64,000 nt of DNA from Candidatus Cloacimonadota bacterium. Lineage in GTDB: Bacteria; Cloacimonadota; Cloacimonadia; G963667145. The DNA is taken from positions 64,001 to 128,000 of the forward strand of contig OY762940.1 of the NCBI GenBank assembly GCA_963667255.1, given 5' to 3'. Of this stretch, positions 50,619-60,881 are shown piece after piece. Below the pieces are notes generated by a model. The model was not told the origin of the DNA, made no database searches, and saw nothing but the letters and a program-made list of their open reading frames with translations. Position 1 is the stretch's first letter. Each line of letters starts with the position of its first letter. Position numbers and translations under genes: made by a program.

Positions 50619-50780
50619 TTTGCCTATGCTATATGGGCAGGTTTGGGAATCTTGGGTGTATCTTTGATAGGAATTTTCGTCTTCAAAGAACCATGCAACA
50701 CTCTAAAAATAGTCTCAATCCTATTAATCGTAATCGGAGTGATTACCCTAAACATCAGCGATATTTTGATGAGAAAATAA
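50619..50780 (+). pseudogene. 5'-truncated second copy of the SMR gene (direct repeat copy 2)
   Basis: Encodes the same FAYAIWAG...ILMRK C-terminus; upstream sequence unrelated to the SMR 5' half. Confidence 0.9.
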
Positions 50781-50782
50781 TG

Positions 50783-50812
50783 AAAAAGAGAGACCGAAAA
50801 TTAGTCTCTCTT
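50783..50812 (-). terminator. Intrinsic terminator of trpB
   Basis: AAGAGAGAC...GTCTCTC-TTTTT on the - strand. Confidence 0.65.
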
Positions 50813-50836
50813 AGAATGTTTTACTCAATTCTCTTT

Positions 50837-52048
50837 TTAAATAATTCCAAACTCTTTCCCGTAAGTTTTCACGACATAGTCGATATCTTTGTCGCCTCTA
50901 CCGGATAAATTCACCAAAATCGTTTGATCTTTGGGCAAAGTCGGAGCAAGTTTGAGAGCATAAGAAATGGCATGCGAAGATTCCAAAGCAGGAATAATCC
51001 CCTCTTCTCTGGAAATTTCAAAAAAAGCACTTATGGCTTCTTTATCGTTCACACTCACATAATTCACTTTGTTCAAGTCTTTTAAAAGACAATGTTCAGG
51101 TCCGACTCCCGGGTAATCCAAACCACTGGCAACAGAGTGCACTGGCAAAGGATTCCCTTCTTCATCTTGGAGCAAATAACACTTAAAGACGTGAATCATT
51201 CCCTTGCTGCCCTTGGTCATAGTTGCCGCATGTTCTCCATCTTTGAAGGAAATTCCGGCAGGTTCTACTCCGTAAAGTTTAACCTTTTCTTCGTCCAAAA
51301 AAGCAGAAAAAATTCCCATGGCATTACTGCCTCCGCCCACACAAGCTATCACATTGTCAGGCAACGAATTGGTCATCTCTCTAAATTGCTCTTTGGCTTC
51401 CCTGCCGACAATGGACTGAAAATCTCGCACCATCATCGGAAAAGGATGAGGTCCAACTACCGAGCCGATAGCATAAAGTTGATTTATCGGGTCTTTTAGA
51501 TAAGCCTGAAAAGCCACATCAACCGCTTCTTTCAAAGATTTTCCACCAACACTCACAGGAATGACATTCGCTCCCAAAATCTTCATTCTAATCACATTCG
51601 GATGCTCTTTTTCAATGTCAATTTCGCCCATATAAATATCGCATTCCATCCCAAACAAAGCTGCCACAGTTGCCAAAGCAACTCCGTGTTGACCTGCTCC
51701 GGTTTCGGCAATTACCTTCTTCTTGCCCATTTTTTTTGCCAAAAGCACTTCGCCCAAGCAATGATTGATTTTGTGAGCACCAGTGTGGTTCAAATCTTCC
51801 CTTTTGAAATAAATTTGAGCACCTTGCAATTTTTCGCTCAAAGATTTGGCAAAATAAACAGGGCTTGGTCTTCCCGTGTAATGCTTGTTCAAGTCGCTCA
51901 ACTCTTGCAAAAAGGACTCGTCTTGTCTGATTTTCAAATATGCTTCTTCTATTTCTTTCAGCACTTTTTCCAGCTCGGGTGGCACGAAAACTCCGCCAAA
52001 TTCTCCAAAATATCCATCTTGCGGTTGTGAATTTATATTATATTTCAT
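50837..52048 (-). CDS. trpB: Tryptophan synthase beta chain (no adjacent trpA)
   Basis: [49 protein letters not shown]. Confidence 0.97.
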   Translation of the reverse strand: MKYNINSQPQDGYFGEFGGVFVPPELEKVLKEIEEAYLKIRQDESFLQELSDLNKHYTGRPSPVYFAKSLSEKLQGAQIYFKREDLNHTGAHKINHCLGEVLLAKKMGKKKVIAETGAGQHGVALATVAALFGMECDIYMGEIDIEKEHPNVIRMKILGANVIPVSVGGKSLKEAVDVAFQAYLKDPINQLYAIGSVVGPHPFPMMVRDFQSIVGREAKEQFREMTNSLPDNVIACVGGGSNAMGIFSAFLDEEKVKLYGVEPAGISFKDGEHAATMTKGSKGMIHVFKCYLLQDEEGNPLPVHSVASGLDYPGVGPEHCLLKDLNKVNYVSVNDKEAISAFFEISREEGIIPALESSHAISYALKLAPTLPKDQTILVNLSGRGDKDIDYVVKTYGKEFGII

Positions 52049-52179
52049 AATCTACTCCTATGATTAAAGTTATGTTTTTTGTTTTGAAAATATTATTTTT
52101 TGGAAAAGATAAACTTTACATTTCCAAATTTTTTAAAATACTATGATATTTTTAAGGGGGTTTTGAGTTTGTATATTTT

Positions 52180-52266
52180 TTAGACAGGCCAATGCCAAAG
52201 ACAAGTTTGCCAAAGAGATTTTGCTTTTAAATTTGGATTTAACGATAAAATTAATTGTTTTTTCAT
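52180..52266 (-). CDS. Putative Trp-sensing leader peptide (28 aa) upstream of trpB
   Basis: AAAGGAG RBS; MKKQLILSLNPNLKAKSLWQTCLWHWPV* with 3 TGG codons in the last 10. Confidence 0.65.
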   Translation of the reverse strand: MKKQLILSLNPNLKAKSLWQTCLWHWPV

Positions 52267-52417
52267 AAGTCAATTCTCCTTTGCATTCTATTTGCCCCGA
52301 GAAACGAAACTCAACTCTGATGTCAAGCAAAAAATAGTCTCCCAGCGAAAACCAAAAGTAAACTTGACAAAAAGTAACTACTACAAATCAAATTATACAA
52401 AAATTTTCGAGGTCAAA

Positions 52418-52864
52418 ATGATATTCGACAAAATTGAAAACTACCAACTTTACGCTAATCTTAACGAAAAAATAAGCAAAGCGTTCGACTTCCTCGTGGA
52501 TAACGACTTGAACAAAATGGAATTGGGGAAGCACACCATTGACGGCGAAGAGATTTTTGCCCTCTTGCAAGAATACGAAACCAAGAATTTGGACGACGGA
52601 AAGTTGGAAAAGCATTTCCAATACTTCGACCTGCAATATATGGTAAAAGGCACAGAACTAATCGGCATTGCCTCATTTGCAAATCAAAAGTTGCTGGAAG
52701 AGAACCGAAACGAAGATTACGGCTTTTATGTCGGAGATAGCTCACTAATCAAAATCGAAGAAGGACAATTTTTCATCTTCTTCCCCGATGACCTGCATAT
52801 GCCATGCATCAAGTTTGAACAGACTGCAAAAGTCAGGAAAGTGGTTGTTAAAATTAAATTATAA
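52418..52864 (+). CDS. YhcH/YjgK/YiaL family protein
   Basis: GAGG RBS before ATG 52418; EKH..YFDLQY, GTELI, FFPDDLHMP, KVVVK. Confidence 0.9.
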   Translation: MIFDKIENYQLYANLNEKISKAFDFLVDNDLNKMELGKHTIDGEEIFALLQEYETKNLDDGKLEKHFQYFDLQYMVKGTELIGIASFANQKLLEENRNEDYGFYVGDSSLIKIEEGQFFIFFPDDLHMPCIKFEQTAKVRKVVVKIKL

Positions 52865-52985
52865 ACCTATTGCAAAAGACCTTGAAGTTTTTTAATCTTT
52901 CGCCGATAACAGATTTTTATTTGACAAATTTTTAGGTGTCTCTCTTTTTCGGAATCGTAAATAAATCTTCAGTTAGGAGAAAGGA

Positions 52986-53588
52986 TTGAAATCGAATAAA
53001 CCGCCATTCCGCTTAATGACAATCAAGAATTTAATCCATTTCTTTCTTCTGTCTCTTTTCCTTGTTTCCTCCGGATGTGCCTCTCTACAAGCCTCCTATT
53101 ATGTTCTGACCGCTAATTTTGACGGGGAAACCGTCCTCCAAAGAGAACAAGAAGTTCAAACGCAACTAAAGCACATAATCAAAAACGCTAATCTGTTTAT
53201 CATCAGAGCTTACTCTCGCTCAGCCATCTCCCCCAATATCAAAAAAACTAAAGACACCACTCACAGCTTTTATGTGTTCCTGAATAGAAATGGCAATTTC
53301 AAAACTCTCAGCTTTTGTGCAACTCGCAAAATGCCCTCTTCAGAAGGTGCATGGGCTCTGAATACAAATACGGATGTCGAGTCTTATGAGAACTACATTC
53401 ACAAAAAAAATAATTGGTCTGTAGAAGAGATAAAACCCAGAAATGGCATCAGCACGCTGAAAACAGCTGAAAAAATTTTGGCAAAAATCAATAGCAACAG
53501 CACTTATTATTTCCGCTCCACACCTAACGAAAACGACGAAACAGACAATTGCAATACCGCCCTTTTGGAAACTCTCGTAGCAAATTAA
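52986..53588 (+). CDS. Hypothetical lipoprotein
   Basis: AGGAG RBS, hydrophobic signal with lipobox SSGC. Confidence 0.6.
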   Translation: MKSNKPPFRLMTIKNLIHFFLLSLFLVSSGCASLQASYYVLTANFDGETVLQREQEVQTQLKHIIKNANLFIIRAYSRSAISPNIKKTKDTTHSFYVFLNRNGNFKTLSFCATRKMPSSEGAWALNTNTDVESYENYIHKKNNWSVEEIKPRNGISTLKTAEKILAKINSNSTYYFRSTPNENDETDNCNTALLETLVAN

Positions 53589-53855
53589 TCCTAACATCGT
53601 GCCTTGCAACTATGGACTGTAATGACCCATCTCAAAAATTTATTTTAATTTATAATTTGACAATAGTTAAGCAAAAACGCTTCTGTCTATCATAGTGATA
53701 CAGTCGCTTTTAACATCGGTTTTTGTAGTAAAATATCTTTGCCTTATCATCAGTTATTTGATTCTTGCTTAGAATAAGAATTGAGTTCATTTTATCAGTA
53801 AAGAACCTTTCAAAAAGATGTATTGTGTTAAATTTATTCTAAGGAGTCCTAAAAA

Positions 53856-54056
53856 ATGGAACAAGGAACTGTTAAGTGGTTTAACGATACCAAAGGCTTT
53901 GGTTTTATCCAAAGAGACAATGGTGGTGATCTTTTCGTTCATCATTCTAGCATCGTTGCAGAGGGTTTCAAAACTCTTGCAGAAGGAGCTCGCGTTTCTT
54001 TTGATGTTGAGGAGAGTGACAAAGGTCCTCGTGCAGCCTCTGTAAAAGTTATCTAA
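53856..54056 (+). CDS. cspA: Cold-shock protein
   Basis: GTVKWFN, KGFGFI, FVHHS, KTLAEG; long upstream non-coding region. Confidence 0.95.
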   Translation: MEQGTVKWFNDTKGFGFIQRDNGGDLFVHHSSIVAEGFKTLAEGARVSFDVEESDKGPRAASVKVI

Positions 54057-54078
54057 TTTATAATAGTAAGAGACTTTT

Positions 54079-54106
54079 AAAGCTATCCATTTTTGGGTAG
54101 CTTTTT
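54079..54106 (+). terminator. Intrinsic terminator after csp
   Basis: AAAGCTATCCA-TTT-TGGGTAGCTTTTT. Confidence 0.75.
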
Positions 54107-54232
54107 GTTTAGACAAATCTTTGACAATTACACAACTGCAAATTTATAGGTTGCAAAAGTGTAGAAACTCTTTTATCTCAAAAATTTTGAGAAATTAAAA
54201 TCCAAACCAAATCCGAGGAAGGTAATTTAAAA

Positions 54233-55768
54233 ATGGAAAAAACCGAAACAGTTATCATCATAGATTTTGGCGGTCAATACAAACAACTCATTGCCAGAAG
54301 AGTAAGAGAAGCAAGCGTTTATTGTCAGATATTGTCCTATACAACACCACTGGAGAAGATACTGTCTTTTGAGCCAAAAGCACTGATTTTTACAGGCGGA
54401 CCTTCCAGCGTTTACGAAGAGAAATCTCCGCAAATTGACAAAAAAATCTTCGAACTGGGCATTCCCATTTTGGGAATTTGCTATGGCGGACAATTAATCG
54501 CTCACTATTTCGGCGGAACTGTAACTCAAGCAAATCAAAGAGAATACGGCAAAATCGAACTCAATCACAACCCAGAGAACGCCCTTTTCAAAAAATTGCC
54601 CAATCCTTCCACAGTTTGGATGAGCCATACGGATTTCATCGAGTCCACTCCAAAAGGCTTTGAAATTACTGCTTCCACGAAACATTGTCCTGTAGCCGCA
54701 TTGCAAAACAGCGAAAAGAAAATCTATGCTGTGCAATTCCACCCAGAAGTGGAGCACACCCAAATGGGTAGCCAGATAATCAGAAATTTCCTTTTTGAGA
54801 TTTGCAACCTGAAAGGCGACTGGAATATGAGCAGTTTTACCCATACGGCTATCGAGCAAGTGAAAAGCACCGTGCAGGACAAGAAAATCATCTGTGCTCT
54901 CTCCGGCGGTGTCGATTCGTCCGTAGCAGCGGTTTTGGTGCATCAAGCCTGCAAAGATAATCTGACCTGCATCTTCGTCGATCACGGACTTTTGCGACAA
55001 AACGAAGCCCAAGAAATAGAAGAATTGTTCCGAGATAAATTCCACTTAAACTTAATCTGTGTAAATGCAAAACAACGCTTTCTCTCTAAGTTGCAAGGAG
55101 TTAGCGACCCCGAGCGGAAAAGAAAAATTATCGGCGAAGAGTTCATCAGAGTTTTCGAGGAAGAAGCGTCCAAATTGGGCAAAATCGATTTTTTGGTGCA
55201 AGGAACTGTCTACCCCGATGTCATCGAGAGTGGCACGGATACCGCTTCGGTTATCAAGAGTCACCACAATGTGGGCGGGCTGCCTGACGATGTGCAATTC
55301 AAACTCATCGAACCTCTGCGAGAGCTTTTCAAAGACGAAGTTCGCCAAGTTGGTTTGGAGTTGGGGTTGCCCGAAGAAGTGGTGTGGAGACAGCCTTTCC
55401 CCGGTCCGGGACTCGCCATCAGGATTTTGGGTGAGATCACCGAAGAGAAAATCGCCCTCGTGCAAAAGTCTGACGCCATCCTTCGCGAAGAGATAAAAAT
55501 CGCCGGATTGGACAGAGAGATTTGGCAATATTTCACCGCTCTGCCGAACATAAAAAGCGTAGGCGTGATGGGCGACCAAAGGACATACTGCCACACTATC
55601 GCCATCCGAGCGGTGACCAGTAGCGACGGGATGACCAGCCAAGTGGCTCAAATCCCTTATCCTGTCTTGGAAAAAATATCTTCTCGGATAGTGAACGAAA
55701 TCGAGAAAATCAACCGCGTAGTTTACGATATCACGAGCAAACCACCGTCAACTATCGAGTGGGAGTAG
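54233..55768 (+). CDS. guaA: GMP synthase (glutamine-hydrolysing)
   Basis: [39 protein letters not shown]. Confidence 0.98.
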   Translation: MEKTETVIIIDFGGQYKQLIARRVREASVYCQILSYTTPLEKILSFEPKALIFTGGPSSVYEEKSPQIDKKIFELGIPILGICYGGQLIAHYFGGTVTQANQREYGKIELNHNPENALFKKLPNPSTVWMSHTDFIESTPKGFEITASTKHCPVAALQNSEKKIYAVQFHPEVEHTQMGSQIIRNFLFEICNLKGDWNMSSFTHTAIEQVKSTVQDKKIICALSGGVDSSVAAVLVHQACKDNLTCIFVDHGLLRQNEAQEIEELFRDKFHLNLICVNAKQRFLSKLQGVSDPERKRKIIGEEFIRVFEEEASKLGKIDFLVQGTVYPDVIESGTDTASVIKSHHNVGGLPDDVQFKLIEPLRELFKDEVRQVGLELGLPEEVVWRQPFPGPGLAIRILGEITEEKIALVQKSDAILREEIKIAGLDREIWQYFTALPNIKSVGVMGDQRTYCHTIAIRAVTSSDGMTSQVAQIPYPVLEKISSRIVNEIEKINRVVYDITSKPPSTIEWE

Positions 55769-56491
55769 TTAGAGAAGATTTTTGAAAACTTCCCCGATTT
55801 TAGCATTGATTACCAAATTCGCTTGAGTGTCGATTTGGGTTTCGCCCTTGTTGATTAGCACCAATTTATTTCCACGATAATATTGCACCAAGCCAGCTGC
55901 GGGATAAACCACCAAAGAAGTTCCACCGATAATCAACATTTCGGCATTTTTAATAGCTTCAACTGCTCCTTTGATAACTTCTTGGTCTAAGCCTTCTTCA
56001 TACAGCACCACATCAGGCTTGATGATGCCACCACACTCGCACAAAGGCACACCATCACAACTTGCCACAGCCTCCACAGGATAAAACTTGCTACACTTCT
56101 GACAATAGTTTCGCAAAACCGAGCCATGCAACTCATAAACCATCTTGCTTCCGGCAGCCTGATGAAGCCCGTCAACATTCTGCGTAACCACAGCTCTCAG
56201 CTTCCCTTGCTTCTCAATCTCCGCCAAAGCCAAATGAGCAGAGTTCGGCTTCGCATCAAGAGACAAAACTTTGTCCCGATAAAAAGTAAAAAACTTTTTC
56301 GGCTCTTTTTCAAAAAACGAATGGCTCAACATATACTCGGGCGAATATTTGTATTTCTGCTTATAAAGTCCGTTGGGACTGCGAAAATCGGGAATCCCGC
56401 TCTCCGTGGAAACTCCTGCTCCTCCAAAGAAAACTATGTTATCACAACCATCTATCATCTTCTTCAATTGCAAAATCTTGTCGTTCATCAT
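55769..56491 (-). CDS. cobB: NAD-dependent protein deacylase (sirtuin)
   Basis: GAGVSTESGIPDFRS, TQNVDGLH, ELHGS, KPDVVLYEE, GTSL. Confidence 0.92.
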   Translation of the reverse strand: MMNDKILQLKKMIDGCDNIVFFGGAGVSTESGIPDFRSPNGLYKQKYKYSPEYMLSHSFFEKEPKKFFTFYRDKVLSLDAKPNSAHLALAEIEKQGKLRAVVTQNVDGLHQAAGSKMVYELHGSVLRNYCQKCSKFYPVEAVASCDGVPLCECGGIIKPDVVLYEEGLDQEVIKGAVEAIKNAEMLIIGGTSLVVYPAAGLVQYYRGNKLVLINKGETQIDTQANLVINAKIGEVFKNLL

Positions 56492-56521
56492 CTCAATTTC
56501 CTCTCCAAAACCACAAACAAA

Positions 56522-56995
56522 CTAACTACAAATCTTCTTCACTATCTCTATTGGAACGGAAGTTCGCTTGGCAACCTCTTCCAAATTCATACCCGAAGCG
56601 AAAAATCTCCTCACAAAGCACGGAACGCTTTCGCCTATTTCCACCAAATTCCCCTCAGGGTCATAAAATCTAATCGTCCTCTGACCCCACGGCTCCTCTT
56701 GCTCACGATGTAAATATTTTGGGCTATACTCGGCAATCTTTTTTAAGACTTCATCAAAACTCTCAGTCTCAAAACAAATCTCCAAATTCTGATTGCCATT
56801 TTCGCTAAATTTCCTACCCAATTTTGCCGTTATCGGCATCTCCTCATTCAGTTCCCACAGTGCAATCCCACACTTAAATCCAATGCAACCACCAAAATCA
56901 ACCTCAATTTCTTGCTCCAACACATCCCGATAAAAAATTTTCATCTCTTCCAAGTTTTTTACCATCAACACACTCGAACTAAAATTTATCGCCAT
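56522..56995 (-). CDS. VOC/glyoxalase family protein
   Basis: FYRDVL, EEPWGQRTIRFYDPEGNLVEIGE. Confidence 0.9.
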   Translation of the reverse strand: MAINFSSSVLMVKNLEEMKIFYRDVLEQEIEVDFGGCIGFKCGIALWELNEEMPITAKLGRKFSENGNQNLEICFETESFDEVLKKIAEYSPKYLHREQEEPWGQRTIRFYDPEGNLVEIGESVPCFVRRFFASGMNLEEVAKRTSVPIEIVKKICS

Positions 56996-57085
56996 ATCTC
57001 CCCCTTATTTTGCCAATAAAAAATCCACTCACAAAAAATGCAAGTGGATAGGAATTATTTTGAATTATTAACAGAGTTTAGCCCT

Positions 57086-57577
57086 CTATTCCAAAATTTT
57101 CTCATAAAACTGTTCGGTTAGATTTCTTCCCCAAATTTTATGGACAACATCCTCTTTCCAAATAAACCCATTTTTTTTATATATGCTAATTGCTTGCACT
57201 AATTCATCTTCAGTCCACAAAATTATCTTACAATAATTCATCTCTCTGGCAAACTCAATTGCGTTCTGAATTAGCTGCCTGCCAATTCCCAAACCTTGAA
57301 GTGAACTATCCAAAATAAACCATCTCAATTGAGCTGTGTCAGAGTCTTTTTTTACTATTGCTATGCAACCCAAAACTTTGCCTGCTGATTTAACAATCCA
57401 AATTCTTTCATCTCGTTCATCTCGTGAAGCAAAATCGACCAAAGGAGAAGCAACATACGATTCAAATGTGTCATCATACCCATAATTTTTGTTATAATAC
57501 TCAACATGCAGTTTGATAACTCCTTGAATATCAACAGAGTCAATGCTATTAGTTATTATAAAATCACTTTCTCTCAT
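57086..57577 (-). CDS. GNAT acetyltransferase
   Basis: AQLRWF, QGLGIGRQL, YKKNGF. Confidence 0.88.
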   Translation of the reverse strand: MRESDFIITNSIDSVDIQGVIKLHVEYYNKNYGYDDTFESYVASPLVDFASRDERDERIWIVKSAGKVLGCIAIVKKDSDTAQLRWFILDSSLQGLGIGRQLIQNAIEFAREMNYCKIILWTEDELVQAISIYKKNGFIWKEDVVHKIWGRNLTEQFYEKILE

Positions 57578-57857
57578 AAAAAACTTTCCCTACACTTTTG
57601 ATATGCTCAATTAAATCAGAATTTTCTATCTTATCAAAAATAGAAACATCAAAATTGTATGGTAACAACAAATTATCAAACTCAACTTCAATTTTAAAAA
57701 GAGTGTTCAAGCTCAATCCGTCACCAATCAAACTAATATCAATGTCAGAATTTTTTTGATAATTCCCCATTGCACGAGAACCATACAAGACCGCCTTATG
57801 AATTTCAGGAAAATTTACAAAAACCCGCTTTATTCTATCTATATTTTCTTGTCGCAA
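57564..57857 (-). CDS. Minimal nucleotidyltransferase (MNT antitoxin-like), possibly lacking its native start
   Basis: LYGSRAMG...SDID, LPYNFD. Confidence 0.8.
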   Translation of the reverse strand: MRQENIDRIKRVFVNFPEIHKAVLYGSRAMGNYQKNSDIDISLIGDGLSLNTLFKIEVEFDNLLLPYNFDVSIFDKIENSDLIEHIKSVGKVFYERK

Positions 57858-57894
57858 ACCGTTGTTCCCATCTGATATCTTTTGTTTCTTCCAT
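57835..57894 (-). pseudogene. N-terminal remnant of a HI0074-family HEPN (nucleotidyltransferase substrate-binding) gene
   Basis: GAAGG RBS then MEETKDIRWEQRF, running out of frame into the MNT gene and stopping after 19 aa. Confidence 0.65.
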
Positions 57895-58010
57895 GTAACA
57901 GATTACCTTCACTAAAACTATTTTGCAGTATTTCCCAAAATTCCTTTCATCGCTCCAGTCGCACCAAAAAACAAAGTGTTGATTCTTTATTAAGTTCCTT
58001 CGCCTGCTTC

Positions 58011-58838
58011 CTAAAAATTAAAGTTAACCTTTAATTCTCTCTCTTCTCCATTTCTAATAATTTTCAAAATAGATTTTTTCTGAAAATCTGGAATTGAATT
58101 CATGAGTTCAATTGCATGATTAGCATTTCTAACAAGAACACCATCAATTTGAATAATTATATCTCCTACTAAAAGATTAGAATAAAAAGCAGGAGAATTT
58201 TCAAAAACTATGTTGATTACTGCACCAGTATTTCTCTGAAAATAAAATCTTTGTTCTGAAGAAAGATTTCCGACACCAACACCAAATTTAAATTTCTTAT
58301 TAATTTTGACAAAAAAAACTGCCAACTGATCATAGCGATCTTGATGTGTAGTAATCGGAATAGCTTTTGTCCCATATGTTGTAGCAGAACCACTATATGA
58401 TCCCAAAGTCGAACTAGATCCAAGATAGCCACTAGTTAAACTACTATATGAAGTATTACCATATACATTCCCAGAAAAATAAGTAGTTTTATTATCAGGC
58501 ACAAAAAAATTAGTGGTAGTAGTTCTTGTATCGGTATATGTTGAAGAAACAAGCACTAAAAGAGCTCCTACTTTTTTTGCTTGTTTGATAAGACCTCTTC
58601 TTCCTTCATACCCACCATTGAAACTTGAATATCCAATCGGTAAATATTTCATCGAACGAAGATGTTGAATATCCTTCTCAAAATTATCTGATCTAAAAAT
58701 TTCAGGTTCATTTCCTTCCCCTAATGTTTCAACATCTTGAAGTTTAGAAATATCAACATATTGTTCATAAAATTTTTCATACCCACTTATAGCACAACCA
58801 AGCAGAGTAACACTAAAAAGCATCAAAAATTTTTTCAT
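58011..58838 (-). CDS. PDZ-domain lipoprotein
   Basis: GGGAGG RBS, lipobox LLGC, C-terminal FGV...NSPAF..GDIIIQIDG...IRNG. Confidence 0.75.
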   Translation of the reverse strand: MKKFLMLFSVTLLGCAISGYEKFYEQYVDISKLQDVETLGEGNEPEIFRSDNFEKDIQHLRSMKYLPIGYSSFNGGYEGRRGLIKQAKKVGALLVLVSSTYTDTRTTTTNFFVPDNKTTYFSGNVYGNTSYSSLTSGYLGSSSTLGSYSGSATTYGTKAIPITTHQDRYDQLAVFFVKINKKFKFGVGVGNLSSEQRFYFQRNTGAVINIVFENSPAFYSNLLVGDIIIQIDGVLVRNANHAIELMNSIPDFQKKSILKIIRNGEERELKVNFNF

Positions 58839-58937
58839 TCCATTTAACCCTCCCTTTTATCGAATGTAACATGTCCAAACATTGTCAGTTATGTCAAAGC
58901 TATTTTTCCCCAAAAACATCCCAATCCGAAATTACAG

Positions 58938-58976
58938 GTCAATTATCAATTATAACCTATTGAATTATCAATTAAC
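58938..58976. repeat. Heptamer (AATTATC-type) array downstream of 5S rRNA
   Basis: GTC-AATTATC-AATTATA-ACCTATT-G-AATTATC-AATTAAC; first 18 nt identical to 63125..63142. Confidence 0.75.
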
Positions 58977-59012
58977 TAAGAGGTTTTTTATTGCAAATAA
59001 AAAAGCTCTTAG

Positions 59013-59130
<118 letters not shown>

Positions 59131-59297
59131 CAAAGAGCTTTAAACAAATCGTTATGATAAAAAAGTTGGTGAGATATTAAAAAGAAAAAAATAAGCCAAT
59201 GGAACAATTAGTATCACTCGGCTGAGAGCATTACTACTCTTACACCTGTGACCTATCAACGTTGTAGTCTCCAACGGTTCTCATAGGGAAATCTATT

Positions 59298-59339
<42 letters not shown>

Positions 59340-59456
59340 TTCCAAACTTAGCTACTCGGCAATGCAGCTGACGCCACAACCGATACACCAGAGGTTTGTT
59401 CACACCGGTCCTCTCGTACTAGATGCAAATCCTCTCAAATTTCCTACTCCCACGAA

Positions 59457-59503
<47 letters not shown>

Positions 59504-59526
59504 ACTCTTTAATTGGCGAACAGCCA

Positions 59527-59557
<31 letters not shown>

Positions 59558-59613
59558 AGTTGAGCCGACATCGAGGTGCCAAACACCGCCGTCGATATGA
59601 ACTCTTAGGCGGT

Positions 59614-59646
<33 letters not shown>

Positions 59647-59804
59647 TTTGAGCAACGGCCCTTCCATACAGAGCCGCCGGATCACTAAGACCTGCTTTCG
59701 CATCTGCTCGACCCGTCAGTCTCGCAGTTAAGCTCCCTTATACCTTTATGCTCTTCGATTGATTGCCGACCAATCTGAGGGAACCTTTGTAAGCCTCCGT
59801 TACT

Positions 59805-59837
<33 letters not shown>

Positions 59838-60088
59838 ACCAGACAATGTCTGCTAGTAGGGTAACTACTAGCGTTAGTGATTCAACAACATAAGGGTGGT
59901 ATTTCAAGGTTGACTCCACGGCGACTAGCGTCACCGCTTCAAAATCTCCCACCTATCCTACACATACCTCATCAAATCACAATGTCAAGCTATAGTAAAG
60001 GTTCACGGGGTCTTTCCGTCCGTTCGCGGGTAGGCGGCATCTTCACCGCCACTACAATTTCACCGAGATCCTGGTTGAGACAGTATTC

Positions 60089-60185
<97 letters not shown>

Positions 60186-60881
60186 ACTCAAGAGCTTGCA
60201 CTCTCTCACTTAACCTTCCGGCACCGGGCAGGTGTCAGTCTATATACTTTCTTTTGCAAGTTTGCATAGACCTGTGTTTTTGATAAACAGTCGCTTGAAT
60301 CTTTTCACTGCGGCCGGGGGCATGCTCATACCGCGAAGGTAATCACTTCCCCCGGCACCCCTTCTCCCGAAGTTACGGGGTCAATATGCCGAGTTCCTTA
60401 ACCAGAATTCTCTCGAACACCTTAGGATACTCTCCTCACCCACCTGAGTCGGTTTGGGGTACGGTCTGTTATGACATAAACGCTTAGAAGTTATTTCTTG
60501 GCAGCACTATAGGTGGACTTTGCGAGCATAAGCTCTCGTCCTGTGTCTCAGAATATTGCTCGGCGGATTTGCCAACCGAACTTCTTACGCACATTCAACA
60601 CCACTTTCAGCCGGTGTCTCCACTGCAACGCCGCGTCACTCCATCACTTCCCATAACAGGTTCTGGAATATTAACCAGATTCCCATCAGCTACCCTGGAA
60701 ACCAGACTCGCCTTAGGGGCCGACTAACCCTGAGCAGATTTTCTTTACTCAGGAAACCTTGGGTTTTCGGTGTGCGGACTTCTCATCCGCATTATCGCTA
60801 CTCATGCTAGCATTCTCTCTTGTAGCCACTCCAGCATCTCTTACAAGACACCTTCAACGCCGACTACAATGCTCTCCTACC

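Noticed and set aside
54110..54232. Purine riboswitch upstream of guaA
   Set aside because: The GTTTCTAC core appears only in reverse orientation and the other conserved elements are not visible.
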